A DNA stretch of 64,000 nt from Hemiscyllium ocellatum (Eukaryota): assembly GCF_020745735.1 (NCBI RefSeq), contig NC_083424.1, forward strand, positions 18,400,999-18,464,998, in the 5' to 3' direction. The translations under genes were made by a program, and so were the position numbers. Numbering within the stretch: position 1 is the stretch's first letter; every line of letters starts with the position of its first letter. This document shows, piece by piece, positions 11,301 to 24,143 of the stretch. The notes under the pieces are model-generated. The model was not told the origin of the DNA. It ran no database searches and saw nothing but the letters and a program-made list of their open reading frames with translations.

Positions 11301-12830
11301 TGTAATAAGGTCGGCCAGATAAACCTGACAGAGAGCATGAGTTCTCTGATTGGGGTTGTTAAGCTGCTCCAATCAGGGAGCCCTGGCTGATAGATATAAA
11401 CAGGCAGGCTCACTGTGTCTCAGACCTGCACACACACACTATGGGTGCTGGGGAAAAAATAAGCACTACCGCAGTTAGGCAGTAGTGTAGGGGTTAAAAA
11501 AAAACAGGGAAGGCCTGTGACCAGCAGTGTTCCACAGGGATTAGTCCTGGGTCCTGTTTTGTTTGTCATTTAAGAAAAAAAAATAAACAGGCAGGTCAGA
11601 AGTTCTGTTCACTTTCACAGTTGGATCTGAGGAAGCTGAACTAATGTCAAGTACTAGATTATTTCTTATTGACATTTTCTTCAGGATCTGGGATGGTAAG
11701 CCATTGCAGTTGCTGATGATCTATGTACTCGAGTCTGCAAACGAATCCCACTAGACTTAAATTGAGTAAGAGAATTCACAGGCTGGTATCCAGGAGAATG
11801 CTCACTCTGGAAAATCCATCCACATCTGGTTTGGACCAGTTAAATTGGTCAGCACCGTCCAAATCAGAACCAATCAAAATAAATGCTGGTTAAATTGTCA
11901 CCTGGTTCTAATTGACGTTGATACTGGTGCGGCTGTATCAGTGATTGCAGAACCAGTCTTTAACAAAATTTGTTCTGCATTCCAGCCCTTATATTTGTGT
12001 AAGACTTCAATCAAACTGATAACCTATACTGAGGAATCTCTACAGATTAAGGGGACAACTTTAGTCTGGTCTCACATGAGTAGCAGCTGATCCAGTTGCC
12101 ATGATTGTGGTAAAGATTCAGGCTCAAGCCTAATGCGACAAAATTGGTTGAGAAAGTTTGCCAAGATAGGTTCAACAATTTTAGATTAGAAAATGTCTGC
12201 CTGAATGAAGTCTCAAATAAATACCTGGAGGTTTTCCCGGAAGGTCGAGGAACTATTAAAGGATCCAACAAGGCCCTCCCTGTGCCATTTGCCTTACATG
12301 CAAAATTAGAGGCAGCAATGAAGTGACTAGAAAGTGATGGAATCATCAAACCAGTAATTTCCAGAATGGGCAGCACAGAACATACTGACAGTGAAGCTTG
12401 ACAGGCCAGTTCCCTTCTGTGGGGATTTTAAACAAACTGACAACTGAATAAATACCCAATCCCATACATAGAGGACCTCTCTGCAAAGCTGGAAGTGGGG
12501 GTGGTGGGGTATAGGAGGAGCTGTCTTTGATGAACTGGATATGGCCATGCGTACTTGCAATTGCGGTTAGATGAGGAGTTCCAGAAGAATGCTCAAATTA
12601 ATACACGTAAGAGTTTGTACCAATATTCAAGATTGGCATTTGAGGTGTCATCAACCAGTGCCATTTTTCCATGGATGATGAAGAACATTTTGCAAGTCTA
12701 CTCCAGATCATCATTTATTTAGATGACGGGCTAATAACAGGGAAGACCAATAAAGAGAATTTCAAGAACTTGGACATAGTCCTCAGACATTTCTCAAAGA
12801 CAGGCACCCAGACATTGAATATTTATGGTA
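11301..12830 (+). mobile_element. Decayed Gypsy LTR retrotransposon (LTR part, protease, RT)
   Basis: LTR-like start TGTAATAAGG with CCAAT and TATAAA; protease IDVDTGAAVSVI; KALPVPFALHAKLEA; RT IYLDDGLITG. Confidence 0.75.
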
Positions 12831-13800
12831 TTAAATGGCAACAGATTCATTGCACCCCTGGCCTAATTCCTACAGTTATGGAATTGGAGGGTAGAGGGAT
12901 AGTGGGTGCACTGGTGGACTCTTCAAGAATTTCCTAGAATCTCTGCTGAAAATTACTAAACACTTTCAGTGGCACCGTTATAATGAAATCTCTCTCATTC
13001 AGGCAGATCAGTCAATGAGGTACATCTCAGTAAAAGTGTCCATCTTAACTTTTAAAACGAGAGCCTGATTCTCCTGCCCTTTACAGTGAGGCCCAGGTTT
13101 GGAATTCAGCTTTATAACCACCCTCACATACATTTCAGAATAGAAACTGCTTGTTATGATATCGGGAAACTGTCACATCAACTAAAAATCCATGAAATAG
13201 CAGGTCAGATCACTCCTTGAAGTCACTCCACAGTTCACTATGTCCAGCTCAATGCCACCTTCCTACATTCTCTGTATCCCACAGAAACCAACTCCTGACA
13301 CTCAACCTAAAAACTCTTTTGACAAAAGAATAAAAGTGTATAACAAAGGTCCCAGCTGTAATGTGGAGATGCTGTTGCAGCACCAGCCTCTGTACTGTCA
13401 CCTCTTCCCTGTTTATTTATCGTTGGGTTACCATAGGAAAGATGAAATAAAGAAAGTGCTTTTTCACAGAGTCTGACTCAGAACAGCTGAGTGACCTGAG
13501 AAAAGTTCACAGAAAATGTTTGCTAACTACCATCTCATTCAGTTTAATATTCACAAGGTATGTGGCACCATGTTTAAATGAATGCAATTCAAAAGGCTTC
13601 ATTACATATATAAAGGCAGTGCAGTTTCATCTAGTTCTGTTCATTTGAAAATGAAGATTGTTTTAGAGAGGAAATCTGGGGTCGAGATGAAATAATTAGC
13701 AGCAAACATTGTTCAAACTGAGTATGTACAGTAAACCCAGCACCAAATCACCCTGAGTCACTGCTCAGTGAAGGTCCTGTACACAGTGACGAAAGGAATT

Positions 13801-13887
13801 GGAAAGTGAAACCGAACGGAGCTCTGTTTGCTGCTGGAGTTCAGTTCATTTTTCAAATACCGGAGGAATCTTTGAGGAAACGAAACT
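13801..13887 (+). promoter_or_regulatory. ISRE/IRF-E cluster upstream of ISG15-like copy 2
   Basis: GGAAAGTGAAACCGAAC (13801-13817) and GGAAACGAAACT (13876-13887), identical to the copy 1 motifs. Confidence 0.8.
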
Positions 13888-14202
13888 TTTGACCGGACCG
13901 TATTTTTTTATCTCAGTGAGCAGGCAATCAGAGGCGAGCAGAGATGTGACGTTCAGTAACCGGCTCTGAGAATAAAGAGGAGGGCACCTGCAACACAGAC
14001 TCAGAGAGAGAGAGAGACCCAGAGGGGGCGCAGCCGGGAACCGGGCACTTACAGTGGGCACAGAGAGAGGGAGATCTGTTCACGTCTCCCATCCAGATCG
14101 GACACCGGCGTGAACAAAGCGGGGAAGACAAACTGCTGGGAAAGGAGTGTCGGAAACAAGTCAGTGTTTAACTTTCCCGGAGCGGAGCCTCCAGCGAGGA
14201 TT

Positions 14203-14865
14203 GTGAGTTCATTTCGTCTTTTTGTTTCGGGAATTGCAGAATTCGGTTTCCGGTGTGTGAAACGGGTTGCAGAGACAGAGCTCTGGACCAAGTGAGCAGC
14301 TCTGACAGTCTGTGTGTGCACAGAACCGGGGGGGGACGGTCCCAGTCTGGGGCTGACTCCTCAGTACTGCTCCTGCTAGAACGGCCGCGTTTCTCCAGCG
14401 TTTGCTGGGAGTCTGATTCCCAACACCCGCAACCTTTTGTCTTTATTCGAAATGGGCCGTTTTGAATCTAACAAGCTCCACTTTGATCAATTGTTATTAA
14501 AATAGATATGTAAATGTTGCAGATGTGAGGAGTCTGGGAGTGCAGAGGGGAATGGCTTTGCGGGGAGTGGGATATCTGTTTTGTCAGTGATGCTGAAATC
14601 CTAGTCCACAAACAGCAAAAATAGTATCTCTCCACAGGTACTGGCTGGAGTTCGGTGTGTTCAGCAGCATCTGATTTTTGTGTGCAGTATTTCTCCAATT
14701 GGAAATCAATCATTAAGAAGAAGTTTGATTGAATTGAGTGTACAGTAGGTACAGATTAGTTCCCTCAATTCTGTCAATGTCTGGAAAAGCCATTGCATGC
14801 TCAAAATGGTCTGAGACACAAAACACAGCATCCCCATCACTAACATCCTGTTCATTTCCCAACAG
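14203..14865 (+). other. Putative 5'-UTR intron of ISG15-like copy 2
   Basis: Same GTGAGT donor and ctaac...ttcccaacAG acceptor as copy 1, but about 0.92 kb shorter. Confidence 0.55.
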
Positions 14866-14877
14866 CAATTTGACAAC

Positions 14878-15351
14878 ATGATACTGCAGGTGAAGTTTAT
14901 GACCGGTGACATTGTCACACTTGAGATCAATCCTTCCATTCAAGTGTCAGCTCTCAAGATGATGATATATGAGAAGACCAAGGTACCTGTTTACCAACAG
15001 CGTCTGGTGATACAAAACGGGAACACTCAAGAGCTGAAGGACAACAAGAGACTGTCTGACTACTGTGTCCCTCCCAGTAACACTGTCATGCTGATCGTCA
15101 AGAATGAGGAGCGCATTCAGATCTTCCTGCAGAATGACAAGGGAAAACTTTCTACATACGATGTTCGTCCCTCTCAGTCTGTTGAGGAATTTAAAGCACA
15201 AGTCCAGCGACAGGAGCGTGTCCCAGCCAATCAGCAGCGCCTGATGTACGATGGGAAACAGCTGGAGGATGGTCGGTTACTCTCTGACTACAATATTCAG
15301 CCAGAGAGCACCATCTTCCTCTTGCTGCGTTTGCGGGGTGGCTCACTGTGA
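14878..15351 (+). CDS. ISG15: ISG15-like di-ubiquitin modifier, copy 2 (157 aa)
   Basis: Same as copy 1 except H22Q and M80I. Ends LRLRGG-SL; AATAAA at 15627 and 16064. Confidence 0.88.
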   Translation: MILQVKFMTGDIVTLEINPSIQVSALKMMIYEKTKVPVYQQRLVIQNGNTQELKDNKRLSDYCVPPSNTVMLIVKNEERIQIFLQNDKGKLSTYDVRPSQSVEEFKAQVQRQERVPANQQRLMYDGKQLEDGRLLSDYNIQPESTIFLLLRLRGGSL

Positions 15352-16124
15352 CAGCACCAATACACAATCAGTGGGAGATGTTCCTCAAAACTGTTATCAA
15401 AATCTACTGCTGTATTCCCCCAATTATACAATTCCTATGCTGTTAGGGATCACAGTTAGTAAGTGGCCTTTCAGCTGTCACTCTGCTCTGTATTATATGT
15501 ACTGATGCCCATGTTCCTGATGTGTACAAACAGGCCTTAGCCAGCACTTGCAAACAGCAAGAGATACGTCAGGAGAGGGAGGGGAAAAAAGAATGTGAAA
15601 TGGGAACTGGCAAGTATTTTTTATTGAATAAATGTTATCAAGGGGTACTGAACCTTTTTCCTTTGGACCTGGATTCAGATAAAACCCAACTTCCCTCAGT
15701 CTGCAGTTTGCAGGGAACTTAACTGAAATAACTGGGGTCAGTAAGTCACAACATTCACATTCTCACAGCATTGAAATTATTCTTTTTTTGCTTCTAATTG
15801 ACATCAGTGAGCTGTGCCTCAGGATGGTTGCTACATGAATAAAGAATGGGATCACTTTTTGTTATTCATTGAAACGTACCTAAAATAACCGTGCGGAATG
15901 GATGGTCAAAATGGTTATCAAATTTACTTACGTTTATTAACAATGGTGTTGAATATTTTACAAATATTTGTTTTTGCCTGATTAAACCTGATTGTATAAC
16001 ATACTTACATGTAAATAATATTGTTAAGCTAATAGCATTTGTATTGTCTATGCCTTTAAAAAAAATAAAATTTGTCTTGTTATTTGGACCAAATGAAATC
16101 TTGTGATGTTATGCTGTTGGTTAA

Positions 16125-16635
16125 AGATGTTTGCCATGCTTGCCTTCCGTGGGTGTAGAAAAGCTTTCCAAGGATGATTCCAGAACTGGAGTGTTTAAGC
16201 TATAGGGTGGGGCTGAATATGCTGGGGCTTTTCTAAAACCTGCAGAAACAGAGGCTGAGGGGTGGCCTGAACAAGATTTATAAAATCATGAAGGGCATTG
16301 ATATGGTGAATAGCTGAGGTCTTTTTCCTAAGGTGGGGGAGGCCAAAACTAGAGGACATAGGATTAAGGTGAGAAGAAAACCGTTTGAAAAGAACGTGAG
16401 GAGTAACTTTTTCACACAGAGAGTGGTGTGTGTATGGAAAATACTGCTAGAAGAAGTAGTGGAGGAGGGTACAATTACAACATTTAAAAGACACCTGGAT
16501 GGTGTATGAACAGGAAACATTTAGAGCAATATGGGCCAAATGCTTGGCAAATGGTACTCAGTCAGATTGGGATATCTGTTCAGTGCTGAGGATTTGGACC
16601 GAAGGGTCTGTTTCTGTGCTGTATAACTCTATAAC
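16125..16635 (+). mobile_element. CR1 3'-end fragment
   Basis: aggatgattccagaactggag...tttttcacacagagagtggtg...ggaccgaagggtctgtttctgtgctgtataactctat, a typical shark CR1 3' end. Confidence 0.85.
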
Positions 16636-17771
16636 AAGAATAATGCATCTATAACTTGGGAAGATATCCTCCCTGTTTATCTTTCCTTATCCCACCACAG
16701 GAGGCACTAGCGAACACTTAGCACTGATGGGTTTCATACAGAGGATAAATAGTTTCCTTGGATAGCATTGTATAGGGGCCTGAACAACATGTCAAAGTAG
16801 ACAGCCTTCAGCCAATGGTTTCTAGCACAGTAAATCAAGGGTGACATTTCTTAGCAGTCCATTGACTTGGATACGATCATTCAGCCATTCAGAGTAGTCA
16901 GATTTAGAATCTTCTCCTTGACCCTATATTCCCTTTTGTGTGCTGATCTCCCCTTTAATGAGAGAAAGGCAGTGATTGAGTGAGTTACTTGTGTCAGTGA
17001 GGGGAAAGTGGTGATTTCTCCCTTCTTCCTGTACTCCTGGACATACCTACAGTTGACTGGGATCATACTGAGCTGGGTGACAAACTTCAACTAAAAGCAG
17101 GAATTTCACTGTGATAGAATAATACAGTGAGAATTTGTAGCTGGATCCAATGATTTTCTAACAGGCGATGCCACTAAGCCAAAGTTGACATAATAATTCA
17201 GAGGCTTATTCCCCTCTGACGCCAACTGTAGCACCCTACCTGAGACTTCATCTGAGAGAAGCTAGCTAGATTACAGCATTGACCCTTCTCTCCAAATGGT
17301 TGTGTAACATTACGTGTGGAGTGGAGAATTCAATATGGCGGTGACCCAGTAGGTCTGAGTTTGCTGAGCTCTGCCCAGGACCTGGGTAAAGTGGGGTACC
17401 TACCCTCTCCTCACTTCTTAAACTACTAAAAATAGCTTTTTCCCGGCAGCTACCGTTATTCTGCATCAAATTTTAGCAGCTTGATACATTTTAAAATAAC
17501 CAAAGGTAAAGGACCATGGAGTTTGCAGCAGGCAGGGAACCCCTCCCCACCACGTAGCAACAGCTGCGTCCATGCCCGCCCCGAGGGACTTACTTGGAGA
17601 GGCGAATCTGACCTCAAAGTTTGTTTAGCTCCAAGAGAAGAGACCCAGTCGACTTGGGAGTTGATCTTGATCATGCTTCTGCAGCATGATCGAGAGATTG
17701 AGAAACTTGAGCAGCGTGTTGGAGGGGCAGAGCAATGAGCCATGGTCTCTGAGGCCACTGCTGAATCTTCT

Positions 17772-17939
17772 GTGGGTCAGGTCCGGGCTCTGGAACATTG
17801 AGTCGGTGGTCAGGTCTGGGCTCTGGAATGTTGAGTCGGTGGGTCAGGTCCGGGCTCTGGAACGTTGAGTCAGTGGGTCAGGTCCGGTCTCTGGAGCGCT
17901 GAGTCGGTGGGTCAGGTCTGGGCTCTGGAACGTTGAGTT
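17772..17939 (+). repeat. 34-bp minisatellite, 5 copies, inside L1 ORF1
   Basis: Unit gtgggtcaggtccgggctctggaacgttgagtcg starts at 17772, 17806, 17839, 17873 and 17907. Confidence 0.9.
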
Positions 17940-18913
17940 GGCCCTTGAAGAGCATATCAACAACCTTGAAAATCGTGGTCATTGGAAAAATATTCGGTTG
18001 CTGGCCCTTGCCGAACGAGAGGAGGAAGGCAAGCTTATTGACTGTTTTGGAGCAATCGCTCCCACAACTGCTGAAGCTGGAGTCTGAGCTTGTCCAGGTG
18101 CAGGTTGAACAGGCTCACTGGGTTGCTGTGTGCAGGCCCAGGTCGGACTTGCACCCCCGCCAGGGCCTAGTTCCATTCCAGCATTACAGGGGAAAACAAA
18201 TATTGCTGGAAGCCTCCAGAGTTTTGGGGAAGGATCCCCAAGCCATGATATACAAGGGATCCAAAATAATACTGTTCCAGGACTTTTCTCCACTTGTGGT
18301 ATGCAAGAGGAAGGCATTTGACAAGGTAAAGAAGTATCTGAGGGATTTAAATATTCAGTATTCCATGTGATACCCAGCAACGCTGTGCTTCAGTCATGAA
18401 GAGTCTGTGCATAACTTCGGATCACCGGAAACAGTAAAAGAATTTTTGGATGCTCTCAAATACACTGATGGGCTTGAACTATATGGACAATGACTTGATT
18501 TTAGCCCCTTTTTTTCTCCTCCTCCCTCCCCCTTTCTCTTTCCCATCCTTCCTTATGGGGAGGTTTTTTCTTTTAACTTATCTATAGCTTGCTTGGTTTA
18601 TCTGGTTGTTGGGGGATGTTTCTGAGTTTTGAAAAAATATTTGCTGAGATTGTAATTTTACATATTTTATTTTATGTTGCTGTTTTGTTAAGAGTGTCTA
18701 GGGTAATAGTATGGAGGGGGTGGGTTGGTTGCCCACTTCTAATTCTTATATTATAAGATACTGACATATGTTTACTTTACTTTGTAATGTCTGGGCTGAG
18801 GGCACGGCTCGAGTTGGGAGGTGTTATGGTGGGATTACTGGAAGGTAGGAGTGCCCCTGGTGGTCAAGGGGGGGAAGTCTCCTTTTAATTATATCTTATT
18901 TTATTTTAGGAGT

Positions 18914-19156
18914 AGATTAGATTAGATTAGATTAGATTAGATTACTTACAGTGTGGAAACAGGCCCTTCGGCCCAACAAGTCCACACCGACCCGCCGAAG
19001 CGCAACCCACCCATACCCCTACATATACCCCTTACCTAACACTACGGGCAATTTAGCATGGCCAATTCACCTGACCCGCACATCTTTGGACTGTGGGAGG
19101 AAACCGGAGCACCCGGAGGAAACCCACGCAGACACGGGGAGGACGTGCAAACTCCA
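18914..19156 (-). mobile_element. Young shark SINE with (agatt)n tail inserted in the L1 inter-ORF region
   Basis: Reverse complement of the SINE core, CpG-rich, with a long (agatt)n tail at 18914-18945. Confidence 0.88.
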
Positions 19157-22100
19157 GTAGTTCTTCGTTATTTTGATTTAGTTGTTTCAAAGGCTGTATT
19201 TTTAAATTTACGCGCATTTTTTATTGTCTCTACTCAATGTCTTTTGGGTGGGGTTCTTCCTCCTGGGGCGGGTGGGGGGGGAATGCTGGGACTTTCTTGA
19301 ACAATCTTGGCTAGGCATTTGTCTAAACGGTGCACCTGGAATGTCAAGTGGAGGCACTGGCCAATTAAAAGGAAAAAGATGTTATCTTAAAAAAGAGAGG
19401 GTTGATGTAACCCTTTTATAGGAGACACAGCTACTCGATAAGGAGCATTCAAAGCTGCAGCAGGGAGGATTTGGTCAGGTGCTCTTTTCATCTTTTAGTT
19501 CAAAAAGTAGGGGAGTGGCCACATTATCTGGAAGAAGCTTCCCTTCCAAATGCTAAGCCAGATAAAAGATGAGTCTGGATGGGAGGGGAGTACGGGATTT
19601 TGAATGTATATTACTCCCCAGCACAGTCCTTTTAAATTTGTTACAGATGCGCTCTCCAAGTTGATGGCTCTCAGGGTACATCACATAATTATAGGAGGAG
19701 ATTTTAATTGTATTATCAATCCCGACGTGGACAGGATACCTAGGAGCTCTGTAGGTATATCTCTGAGATCTAGGCAGTTGGCTGATCTGAATATGGAGTT
19801 GGGGCTTGGAGATGTGTGGAGGTGTCTTCACCCTGAGGGTAGAGATTTTACTTTTTATTCTAACCCACACAAGTGTCATACTAGAATTGATTTTTTTTGT
19901 GTTCTTGACCTTTCTGAATTTGATATTGTCTTGTAAAATAGGGAATATAACTATTTCCAACCAGACAGCAGTGTATATGGAGGTCAAGACAAGTGATGAC
20001 AAGATGGGTTCCCAACATTGGCGACCCTTTCCGATAGTAAGTTCATAGAATATTTCTTGAAGGAATTTAAAACATTCTGGAGTATCAATTCAGGTATGGC
20101 CAGCAACCCACCGGTGATGTGGGAGACTGCTAAGGGCATATGCGTGTGGTTTGGTTATCTCATATTCTGCGACCCGGAAAAGACAAAAGGCTGAACTTCA
20201 GCGTCTGCTTGAGGCTCACCTGAAGGCAGCTGAGACAGCATATGTTGATAGACGATTCATTACTAAATTACAGTGGATTACAGCCCTCAGTGCTACTTTG
20301 AATACTGCACTTTCTCAAACAGCAAAGACGGAGATACTGTTTGCGAAGCAGAGATTATTTGAGTACGGCAATTAGCCGGGCAGGTATCTAGCATACCTTG
20401 CCAGAAAGAAAAAGGTTCCCCAATCCATTATGTCTATTAGAGAGGGTGCTGGTAACTTGACTTGTGATTCTAAAAAGATCAATGCAGCCTTTAGAAAGTT
20501 CTACTTCGAACTGTGTAAGTCGGAGGGCTGTGAGGATAGAGCGAGGAAGATGGAGTCTTTTTTTTAAAAACCTGGCCCTCTCGGCCTTAACCTCGGAACA
20601 AGTATTGCTTTTGAATGCTCCCCTGACAACCCAGGAAGTCCAGGAGGTGGTGAGGCAGCTCCAGAGCGGTAAAGCGCCCAGACCAGATGGATTCCAGGCT
20701 GAGTTCTATAAAGAATTCATAGATGAATTGGCCGGATCACTTATAGATACATGTAACTATTCTTATAGTCAGGGTTGCCTCCCGCCCTCCCTGAGAGAAG
20801 CTAATATCTCTCTCATTCTTAAAAATGTAAAAGCCCCAGATGACTGTATTTCGTGTACACCTATATCCTTATTGAATGTGGGCGTTTAAAATCCTCTCAA
20901 AAATGTTGGCATTAAGACTGGAGAGAATTTTACCATTTGTTATCCAAGAGGATCTAACGGGGTTTATTAAGGATCGCAGATCTACTAATAACATTAAAAG
21001 AGTGTTAAACATGATACCATCTGTCCAGCAGGGAGCAATACAGGGATTAGTCAACTTCCTGGATGCAGTGAAGGCATTCGATCGAGTAAGAATGGTCCTA
21101 TCTTTTTTATACTATGGAAAGGTTTGGCATTGGAGAGGTCTTTACCAAGTATGTTTCAGTATTATATAACGACCCTAAAGCAGCGGTGATTACCAACGGC
21201 ATAAGATTGGATAGTTTAGTGTTGGCAGAGGTTGTTGTCAAGGATGCCCTGTCTCACCATTCCTATTTACGCTAGTGATTGAGCTTCTGGCGGAAGCTAT
21301 CCAAACTGACCCTAATAACAGCCCCGAAGGTAGGATTGGGTAAGCATAAAATCACTCTTTATGCGGAAGATGTCCTTCTTTTTTTAAATGACCCATCGAT
21401 ATCTGTGACCCGCTTAATTCAAGGGGTTAACTTATTTGGTATGTCTCAGGTTACAAAATTAACTTTATGAAATCAGAGGCCATACCACTGGGAGGTCTTA
21501 CTAGCATATCCAATTTTCTGGATGAATCCTGTTTCCCCTTTCGGTGGTCACTGGGAGGTTTTCTCTTTAGGCATTTTGGTCAGCTATAAAAAGCTAATTA
21601 TACGCATTTATTAGGAAAAATAAGGCAAGACCTCCAACGCTGGGAAGATCTCCCGATATCCTGGATAGGAAGAACAGCTTTGGTCAAGATGAATATTCTA
21701 TCTCGCCTACTGTACCCCATGAGACTGTTTCCTTTGATGTTGCCGAGACAGGTGTTGCGTAAGCTTTATGGTTGGCTTGGATCCTTTATTTGGAATCATA
21801 GACGGCCCCTTATTAAATTAGAAAAGTTGCAGTTCTACAAGTAAGGGCGGGGGGGGGGGTGGGGTCTATATTTTCTGGATTTCAGGAAGTACCAACTGAG
21901 TTCTCTGTTTTCATATGTAGCTGATTGGGTCTCTTGTGACCTACAATCAATTTGGTTGGATATTGAGGCTTCCCAGTAAAATGCCCCCTCATCAATCTAT
22001 TATTTATGGATAAGATGAGAGTTATTACAGATCATTGTAAAAGTCCAGTTGTATTAAATACAATCAAAGCTTGGAGGATGATGCGACAGAATGAAGGTAA

Positions 22101-24143
22101 CATTGGGATTCCAGCCAGGCTTGCCTGACGCTGGATTTAAAATTTGGGAGTCCAGAGGCATCTCCTGTTTGGGAGATCTGTTGGATGGGGAGGTCATGAT
22201 GTCCTTTGAACAGTTTGGACTAATCCTTCCAAATCAGATATGGAAAGGAGAGTGCTTCGGCCGATGGGTGCACCCTCGGTTAGTAGTCTCTACCACTCGC
22301 TAGGTAATGAGGTATCAAAGGACATGGAATGATTATATAAAACCTGGAATCAAGAATTATGGATGGAAATCTCCTTAGAGATGTGGAAGGACATCTGGGA
22401 AAATGTCAGGAAGATCTCTGTCTGTAATATAACTCAGGCTATTCAATTGAAGATACTTCATAGGGCTCATGTGGCACCAGAGCAGCTTCCAAAGTTCAAG
22501 GTAGGAGCATCCCCAGTATGCCTAAATGTAAAATAGAAGTTGGTACTCTCACTCATTGTCTGTGGACATGACATAAGATTCGTAGATATTGGGACAGTGT
22601 AGCAAATGCCTTGGCAAAGATTTTGGCAATGGAGATTGGGTTTAACCCAATGTCTCTCCTTCTGGGCTTTCTAAATCTTCCATCTCTAGCTGCATATGGG
22701 AAGAAACTATTTTGTGTGAGGAAAAACATTTTTGTAAGTTGGGTATCGGAAGTCCCCTGGACTTCTTCATGAATACAGTGCACCAAAAAACAGAATTATG
22801 TTACAGAACATGGTGGCCCTTTTTGAACTACACCATTACAGATGTATCGGCCATACTGTTTAGGGCCTTTGTTTAGCCGTGAGGATGATGTTTGTTGATT
22901 TGGGGGCCCCTGGGAGGAAGAATCCCGTATAAATACGCGTTTTGTTATCACTTGATGTAATTTTATTTTGAATGTGTATTTATTTAGCTTATTTTTCTTT
23001 TTTTGTTGTTAGTAATGTACAATATTGTGGTCTTTTTGTATATATAGAGTCTTCTTTCTTATATCTTATTTGTGTTTTGGTCATTTGTAGAGTAGCTTAG
23101 CAGTTAGTTTTCATAATTTTATATTGGTGCTGTTATTATACTGCAAAGTGGATGCAGTATTTTGTATTAATTTTGACAAAAAACCTCAAAAATCTTTTTC
23201 TTTTCAATAAAAATACTTACAAAAAAAAACATGATGTGTGACACACTTCCCATGGGAAAGCCAATGGACTAGGGTATGTGGAGTTGATTGTTAGTAGCTT
23301 AGGAGAAAGTGACGTTAGTTGCAGAGTTTTGTGTCGCAACAACAAGGACCTTCTTGGTATGAGGTGCTGAAGTTCAAATTCCACCCTACAATTATGAATC
23401 ATTTCTTGAGGAATGAAAGCAGTGCTAAATAACATCTGAGCTTGTGTGAAGAACTGGAAAATCTCTTTAGCATTAGTGGGGGATGAATATGATCTTGTAG
23501 ACCATAAGCATGTTATCAAATGCTATTTGTCAAACAGCCAAAGGGTACCCTGGCAACTGGAGACAATGGCGAATGTCATTGTAAATGTCAGCCCTCACTG
23601 AACAGAGCAGCCTGGGGGAGGGCCTTTGGCCTTGGATGCTCAGTGCAGTAAGGAAGATCAGGAGGGCTAGCATCTGTGATGCTGGGGACCTCGGGAGAGG
23701 CTAAGACAGATCATCCTCTCATCACTTCTGGCTAAAGATACTTGCAAGTGCTTCAGCCTTATTTTTTATACTGATGTGCCGTGGAGTTTGCTCTTCCATT
23801 AATTGCCCACCAAACATTCATGAATGGATTGGGCAGAGTAAACACTGAATCTTTTTATTTTAGTGTCTGAAGTCAATGTTGAGCACTGTCAGGGCAACCC
23901 ATTCACAATTATATAGCACTGTACTGCCACCTCTACTGGGTCTGTTCTATTGGTGAGACAGGACATACCCACGGATAATGGTAATGGTTTCTGATACATT
24001 GTTGAGATTATTCTCAGGCTATGTCAGATTGCTGCTTTACTAGTTTGTGAGACAGCTGTCCTGATTTGACCTAAGCTCTCAGATAGTAGTGAGGAGACCT
24101 TCGCAATGCCAACAGATCTAGGTTCACCGTTGTTCTTTCCAGT

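Larger units (their letters stand above)
13726..16130 (+). repeat. Tandem duplicate of the 1-3750 ISG15-like unit
   Basis: 1-745 aligns to 13726-14489 and 1693-2640 aligns to 14512-15460 almost base for base. Looser similarity continues through both polyA regions. Confidence 0.9.
17319..23227 (+). mobile_element. Near full-length decayed L1-clade LINE (5'UTR, ORF1, EN-RT ORF2, polyA)
   Basis: ORF1 motifs LENRGHWKNIR and ILFQDFSP...KRKAF. APE motifs TWNVK, IIGGDFN, TRIDFF. RT motifs FLDAVKAFDRV, YAEDVLLFL. AATAAA plus A-tail at 23206-23229. TSD aacattacgtgtg (17306-17318) / aacatgatgtgtg (23228-23240). Confidence 0.88.

Noticed and set aside
17772-17939. CRISPR-like regular repeats
   Set aside because: Head-to-tail minisatellite without unique spacers, inside an L1 in a vertebrate genome.
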